Source: Rhodopseudomonas sp. (GTDB lineage Bacteria > Pseudomonadota > Alphaproteobacteria > Rhizobiales > Xanthobacteraceae). Taken from it: a stretch of DNA of 64,000 nucleotides. Position 1 is the first letter of the stretch. Each line of letters begins with the position of its first letter. The notes beneath the pieces were generated by a model. The model was not told the DNA's origin and did no database searches. It saw nothing but the letters and a program-made list of their open reading frames with translations. The stretch covers positions 2,726 to 66,725 of the forward strand of contig NZ_JBMDXE010000317.1 of assembly GCF_048594845.1 (NCBI RefSeq), written 5' to 3'. Shown one piece after another: positions 57,761-64,000 of the stretch. The translations under genes and the position numbers were made by a program.

Positions 57761-58486
57761 TCACGTCATGTACTGGCCGCCATTGATGGTCAGCGTCGAG
57801 CCGGTGATGAATCCGGCGTCTTCTCCCGCCAGGAACACCACGGCGCGTGCGATCTCGTCGGCTTCGCCGAGCCGGTTGCACGGGATCAGCGGCAGGATCG
57901 CTTTCTCCAGCACATCCTTCGGCACCGCCTGGACCATTTCGGTATTGATGTAGCCCGGGCAGATCGCGTTCACCGTGATGCCGCCGCGCGCATTCTCCAG
58001 CGCCAGCGCCTTGGTGAAACCGATGTCGCCGGCCTTTGCGGCCGAGTAGTTGACCTGACCGAACTGTCCCTTCTGGCCGTTGATCGACGAGATGTTGACG
58101 ATGCGCCCGAACTTGCGCGCGCGCATGCCTTCGATCACCTGGCGGGTCATGTTGAACAGCGAACCGAGATTGGTGTTGATCACCGCATTCCACTGCTCGA
58201 GCGTCATCTTGTGGAACGCGGTGTCGCGCGTGATGCCGGCATTGTTGACGAGAATATCGATCGGACCGAGATCGGCCTCGACCTGCTTCACGCCCGCCGC
58301 GCACGCGTCAAACGAACTCACATCCCACTTATATACCGGAATACCCGTCTCATCTTTGAATCGTTCTGCCGCCGAATCATTGCCCGCATAAGACGCTGCG
58401 ACCGCATGGCCTGCGGCCTTCAACGCCTTGCTGATTGCTGCACCGATTCCGCGCGTCCCCCCAGTCACCAACGCTACACGCGCCAT
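57761..58486 (-). CDS. phaB: Acetoacetyl-CoA reductase
   Basis: VTGGTRGIG, NNAGITRD, SSINGQKGQFGQVNYSAAKAG. Confidence 0.97.
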   Translation of the reverse strand: MARVALVTGGTRGIGAAISKALKAAGHAVAASYAGNDSAAERFKDETGIPVYKWDVSSFDACAAGVKQVEADLGPIDILVNNAGITRDTAFHKMTLEQWNAVINTNLGSLFNMTRQVIEGMRARKFGRIVNISSINGQKGQFGQVNYSAAKAGDIGFTKALALENARGGITVNAICPGYINTEMVQAVPKDVLEKAILPLIPCNRLGEADEIARAVVFLAGEDAGFITGSTLTINGGQYMT

Positions 58487-58573
58487 TTCAAAATCCCTCC
58501 CGCAATGCTCTTTCTTTTCTAGAATTCGATTGTGTCGTCCTGACTAAAATCCGCCCGCTGACGAACATCAAGC

Positions 58574-58602
58574 AAAAACGCCCGGCAATCTGCCGGGCGT
58601 TT
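58574..58602 (-). terminator. Rho-independent terminator after phaA
   Basis: AAACGCCCGGCA/TGCCGGGCGTTT followed by TT on the minus strand. Confidence 0.8.
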
Positions 58603-58615
58603 GAACATTCGTTGA

Positions 58616-58624
58616 TGCACTGCA
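58616..58624. promoter_or_regulatory. Possible PhaR box upstream of phaB
   Basis: TGCACTGCA matches the TGC-N3-GCA core. A similar TGCATTGCG lies upstream of phaR near 60090. Confidence 0.4.
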
Positions 58625-58675
58625 CCTTGTAGCGAGTGTTGCAACATCATGCCGCATCGGCGGCGCGATGATGCC

Positions 58676-59959
<1,284 letters not shown>

Positions 59960-60152
59960 TCAATCGGGGACGCGGTCTTCCTGCTTATAAAGTCACGCGC
60001 CCGGCACGGTTCAAGGCACTTTGTGCCTGCCGATTAACCGCCGGCGCACAAAACGGTAGCCGAACCGCAATGGAAGTGCTTACTTTATTGCATTGCGTCT
60101 CTGCCCCGTCGTCGGGAGCGGCGGGTTCCTTTCCTCCATGCGTGTGGGTGCC

Positions 60153-60749
60153 ATGGCGAAATCAGACCAACCAACGACAATCAAAAAATACGCGAACCGG
60201 CGGCTCTACAACACCGGCACCAGTACCTACGTAACACTCGAAGATCTCGCCGCGATGGTGAAGGAAGGCGAGGACTTTCTCGTCTACGACGCCAAGACCG
60301 GTGACGACATCACCCGCTCGGTGCTGGCGCAGATCATCTTCGAGCAAGAGAACAAGGCAGGTCAGAACCTGCTTCCGACCACTTTCCTGCGCCAGCTGAT
60401 CCGCTTCTACGGCGACAGCATGCAGATGGTGGTGCCGAAATATCTCGAGCAGTCGATCGACTCGCTGACGCGCGAGCAGGAGAAATTTCGCAAGCAGATG
60501 ACTTCGACCTTGAGCATGACGCCGTTCGCGCCGCTTGAGGAAACTGTCCGCCGCAACATGGAGCTGTTTCAGCAGACCTTCAACATGTTCGTGCCGCGCA
60601 AGCCGAACCAGGAGGTCGAAGTGGAAGCGGGCGGCGCCGAGCCGGCGCGCGATGCGGACAATATCGACGACCTTCGTCGCCAGATGAAGGACATGCAGGA
60701 CCGGCTCGATCGGATGTCGCTCGATCATCCGAAGAAGGACGAAGCGTAG
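60153..60749 (+). CDS. phaR: Polyhydroxyalkanoate synthesis repressor
   Basis: IKKYANRRLYNTGTSTYVTL, DAKTGDDITRSVLAQII; divergent from phaA. Confidence 0.97.
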   Translation: MAKSDQPTTIKKYANRRLYNTGTSTYVTLEDLAAMVKEGEDFLVYDAKTGDDITRSVLAQIIFEQENKAGQNLLPTTFLRQLIRFYGDSMQMVVPKYLEQSIDSLTREQEKFRKQMTSTLSMTPFAPLEETVRRNMELFQQTFNMFVPRKPNQEVEVEAGGAEPARDADNIDDLRRQMKDMQDRLDRMSLDHPKKDEA

Positions 60750-60779
60750 GCCGCTTCGTCATAGCCCGGACTTCACGAG

Positions 60780-60817
60780 CAGGCGAAGTGATCGCTAGTC
60801 AGTGATGACTTCGCCTG
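60780..60817. terminator. Long hairpin between convergent phaR and EAL genes
   Basis: CAGGCGAAGT...ACTTCGCCTG outer stem with an inner ATCGCT/AGTGAT stem. Confidence 0.55.
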
Positions 60818-60875
60818 TGCGATCCCGGTTGATACCTGGTGATCCCTGGCTCGTGACCCTGAACGTCAGCGCCGC

Positions 60876-62663
60876 TCACTTCGCCGCGCGGGCGCCGATC
60901 GAGGCGGCGTCGGGTGCGCCTGCTTTTTGCCAGGGACGATGCTGCGAAGCGAGGCCGATCAGCCGGCCCTGGATGTAGTCACAGCCCCAGCCGCGCAAGA
61001 GTGCCGCCGACTCGTCGTCCTGCACCCATTCGGCCACCGTCTTGATACCGAGCCGACGCGCCAGATCGATCAACGTCTGCACGAAGGCGCGGTCATCCGC
61101 AGAGCGGGCGATGTTCTGAACGAAGGCGCCGTCGATCTTGACGATATCGACGCCGAGATTGCGCAGGTTGCGAAACGAGGTGTAGCCGGCGCCGAAATCG
61201 TCGATCGCGATCCTGGCGCCGAACTTCTTCAGCCGGGTCACGAAGCCACGGACCTCGTTGAGGTCCTGGATCGCGACGGTCTCGGTGATCTCGACGATCA
61301 GCCGCTCGGCGACGCCGGGATGCGCCAGCATCAGCGACTCGATCCCGGCCCACCAGTCGGCATCCATCGTGGTGTCGGGTGAGATGTTCAGGCTGAGCGT
61401 CGTCTGCGGCGCGGCGGCGAGCTCGGCCACCACCAGCTCGAGGACGCGATGGTCGACCAGCCGGATCAGCCCGAGCCGTTCGGCCACCGGCACGATATCG
61501 GGGGCGAGCAGCACCTGGCCGTCGTCCTGGACCATGCGGACGAGGCATTCGTGGAAAGCCGGCCCGCGGGATGCGGCGTCAACCACTGGTTCGTAGGCCA
61601 GCACGATACGCCGCTCGTTGAGTGCGGTGACGATCTCGTCGGTGACGCGAATGTTGACGCGGCGCTGGGCGTCGCGTTCGACGTTCGGGCGCCACATCGA
61701 CAGCGTGCCGCAGCGGCGATGCTTGGCGGCCGACAGCGCCTCCTGGGCGCGGTTGATCGCTTCTTCGGCGGTGCGGGCGTGACGTGGCGATGCCACAGCG
61801 CCGATCGACGCGGTGACCGACACCGGCCCGGAGCGGGTCGGTACGATCTCCTCGCCCACCGCGGCGAGGAAGCGCTCGGCCGCGACCTGGGCGTCGTCGG
61901 CGGTGCAGTTCTTCAGGATCAGGCCGAATTTGTTGCCTGAGAATCGGCCGAGCTGATCGCCGGAGCGGAGCCGCGCGCGAATCCGCTGCGCGACCGTGCA
62001 GATCACCTCGTCGGCGACATCGAAGCCGAACGAATCGTTGATCCGCGCCAGATGGTCGAGGCCGATCAGCATGAAGCTGAGCCCGTTGCGGAAGCGCGAG
62101 GCCTCCTCGATCGCCTCGGCAAGCGCTGCCACCAGATGAGTGCGGTTGAGTTCGCCGGTCAGCGGGTCATACTGCGACAGCTTCAGAAGCTGCTCGTCGC
62201 GGGCATGGCGTTCGTTGTTGACGCGGACGATACCTTCGACGCGCGTGGGCCGGCCGTCCGAGCCCGGATACCAGCAGCCGCTTTCCTCGATCCAGGTCAC
62301 CGGCGCCGACGTCGTCGCGCGGACGCCGTACTCAATTCGATAAGGCACGCAATTGGCGCCGGCGGCCGCTGCGGTCGTGAGCAGGGCGTCGGTGCGGACC
62401 GCACGTGATGGCTCGAGCAGTGCGGCGAACCCGGCTCCGGTCGATAGCGTGTCCGGCGGGACGTCGTGGAACATGTCCGCGGCGCATCCGGTCCAGACCA
62501 GCGCGTCGCTCGGTAGATCCCAGACGAAGGCGGCCTGCCCGAGCGCCGCCAGGATCGCGGACGGATCGGGTCCAGCCGGACGGGCGTGCTGCTCGGCGGC
62601 GGATCGGGCTGGCGGCACAACTGCCTCGTTTCGGGACGGAATCAGGAGATTCTCCACCCACAA
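60876..62663 (-). CDS. PAS-like + degenerate GGDEF + EAL phosphodiesterase
   Basis: DPLTGELNR; GGDEF site reads SGNKF; ECL, SLNIS, VEITET, IDDFGAGYTSF, VKIDG, AEWV, IQG. Start uncertain. Confidence 0.88.
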   Translation of the reverse strand: MWVENLLIPSRNEAVVPPARSAAEQHARPAGPDPSAILAALGQAAFVWDLPSDALVWTGCAADMFHDVPPDTLSTGAGFAALLEPSRAVRTDALLTTAAAAGANCVPYRIEYGVRATTSAPVTWIEESGCWYPGSDGRPTRVEGIVRVNNERHARDEQLLKLSQYDPLTGELNRTHLVAALAEAIEEASRFRNGLSFMLIGLDHLARINDSFGFDVADEVICTVAQRIRARLRSGDQLGRFSGNKFGLILKNCTADDAQVAAERFLAAVGEEIVPTRSGPVSVTASIGAVASPRHARTAEEAINRAQEALSAAKHRRCGTLSMWRPNVERDAQRRVNIRVTDEIVTALNERRIVLAYEPVVDAASRGPAFHECLVRMVQDDGQVLLAPDIVPVAERLGLIRLVDHRVLELVVAELAAAPQTTLSLNISPDTTMDADWWAGIESLMLAHPGVAERLIVEITETVAIQDLNEVRGFVTRLKKFGARIAIDDFGAGYTSFRNLRNLGVDIVKIDGAFVQNIARSADDRAFVQTLIDLARRLGIKTVAEWVQDDESAALLRGWGCDYIQGRLIGLASQHRPWQKAGAPDAASIGARAAK

Positions 62664-62754
62664 TAGGGTGCAGCACGCTGGTCAGGCTAGGCGGAGATCG
62701 TTAACAATCTGGAAACCTATTCAGGGCGGGACCTCGGAACGATACTAGGCGACC

Positions 62755-62770
62755 CGGCATATTGTTTGCG
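62755..62770 (+). promoter_or_regulatory. Possible sigma-54 promoter
   Basis: CGGCAT-ATTGT-TTGCG (GG-N10-GC spacing) about 55 bp upstream of the ORF at 62824. Confidence 0.45.
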
Positions 62771-62823
62771 AAGCTTATCACCAGACAAGGCATATGTCCC
62801 GAAGCGGTGCAGGTTGAAGGGCG

Positions 62824-63117
62824 ATGACAGGCATCCGGATCGATCAAAGCGACGAGATTCACGGCTTCGACCCGGCTGACGCCGTCGAGGCCGAGCTGAT
62901 CGAGCCGGTGCCCGCGCCGGTGATGCAGGCACAGCCGCGGATGCGCTACACCGACCGCACAGTGCGGCCCTCGGCGAACTTCGTCGCTCAGTTGATGGCG
63001 ATTGAAGGCGGTTATCCGCAGACCCGTGGGGTGTTTCGCGCCGAGCCGGATCAGGCCTCGGCGGCGTATCGGTCGACACGCGCCTACGCGGCCGGGCGAA
63101 CCCGGCGAATGTCCTGA
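62824..63117 (+). CDS. Small hypothetical protein
   Basis: 97 aa; RPSANFVAQLMA...PQTR...A.P..A.AAY segment; plausible RBS. Confidence 0.6.
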   Translation: MTGIRIDQSDEIHGFDPADAVEAELIEPVPAPVMQAQPRMRYTDRTVRPSANFVAQLMAIEGGYPQTRGVFRAEPDQASAAYRSTRAYAAGRTRRMS

Positions 63118-63133
63118 CCCAATCCTGACTATC

Positions 63134-63799
63134 TCAGCGCTGAGGCTGGGGACCCACGGTCTCGTCGGCCGGCTGCAAGGCCGGCGACTGGACACGCGGA
63201 GATGCCGTCGTGCCGACTGATGCGGCGACCGGCTGCGGGCGGTCGAGCAAAACGGCTTCGGCGATCGAAGCGGCCGAGCTGGAGGCCGAGGCTTGAGAAG
63301 CTGCGGCCGGCGTGGCCGACTGCGTCGGCTCGGAGACGGCCGGCGTCAGGGTCGGCTCTTTGCGAGGCGCGGCTTCGGCTTGAGCTTCGGCGGGCGGAGC
63401 CACCGGCGCCTGCCGCGCGGCCCGCGGCTGCGGACGGCGGCGCAGCGCGATCCCGGCGAGGACATCGACCAGCATCAGCGTCGCCAGCAGAAACACGGTG
63501 GTGTTGGCGAACTGCGGCAGCATGACGAATTCCGCCACGGTACCGCCGAGCACCAGCAACGACAGCAGATGATCGGTGAGGTATTTGCCGCCTGGCTTGC
63601 CTGCCTTGATCACTTCGAACATCAGCAGCAGCGCGCCGAGTGCGACCAGCATGTCGCTCGCCCTGATCGTCCAGACCGTTCCCGAGGGCAGCGCGATGCT
63701 GGTCAGCGCGGCGTCGAAGCCGACGCCGGGCATCAGGAAATTGACGATGTTGCAGATCGCGATCGGGATCAGCAGCAGCGGGAAACCGATAATCGACAT
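63134..63799 (-). CDS. Hypothetical membrane protein with Pro/Ala-rich tail
   Basis: IIGFPLLLIP.AI.N, LLMFEVIKA, DHLLSLLV, EF...P.F. Confidence 0.75.
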   Translation of the reverse strand: MSIIGFPLLLIPIAICNIVNFLMPGVGFDAALTSIALPSGTVWTIRASDMLVALGALLLMFEVIKAGKPGGKYLTDHLLSLLVLGGTVAEFVMLPQFANTTVFLLATLMLVDVLAGIALRRRPQPRAARQAPVAPPAEAQAEAAPRKEPTLTPAVSEPTQSATPAAASQASASSSAASIAEAVLLDRPQPVAASVGTTASPRVQSPALQPADETVGPQPQR

Positions 63800-64000
63800 C
63801 GGCGAAGCCTGTTGTTCAGAAAGAGCACGACCATGGAGGCACCCGTCCGGGTGGACGGAGGCTACTCTCTAACGCAACAGTTGGAGCAGATTCGGGCGTG
63901 GGCGGCGATTATCAGAGAGTCGCACCCACTGTCGGGGACATGCGGCTCCGATTTCGCACCTGCCGATCAGGGACGCATGGAAGCGATCCATCGGCAGGCC

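Overview
GC-rich alphaproteobacterial chromosome segment. Gene content, the porin family and the CGTC-type palindromic repeats look like Rhodopseudomonas/Bradyrhizobiaceae; this is an inference. Left to right: two c-di-GMP genes; methionine gamma-lyase with its Lrp regulator; a microoxic/stress cluster (trxC, ADH, chaB, pcm, USP, pfkB, YdeP) carrying FixK-type and EcfG-type promoter motifs; glgC-glgA; cysK; an HNH gene; a ~15 kb accessory flagellar cassette; ureide catabolism genes; an MCP; tRNA-Leu(CAA); MarR and a porin; an acetyl-CoA transferase; hrpB; phaR/phaA/phaB; and a degenerate-GGDEF/EAL gene. The standout is 19300-34093. It encodes only the rod-distal flagellar parts (flgD, flgE, flgK, flgL, a short fliC, fliD, fliS and two chaperone-like ORFs), all very Ser/Thr-rich. 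It also carries an ECF sigma factor, a soluble anti-sigma-like ORF, and a three-gene operon led by a probable PRPP-dependent ribofuranosyltransferase (HAD plus gPRT motifs). A CGCCTG-N15/16-SCGTT motif (four exact copies and one with a variant -35) lies upstream of all five transcription units, pointing to a self-contained ECF-controlled alternative hook and filament with its own glycosylation. All functional calls come from motif recognition by eye; no searches were run.
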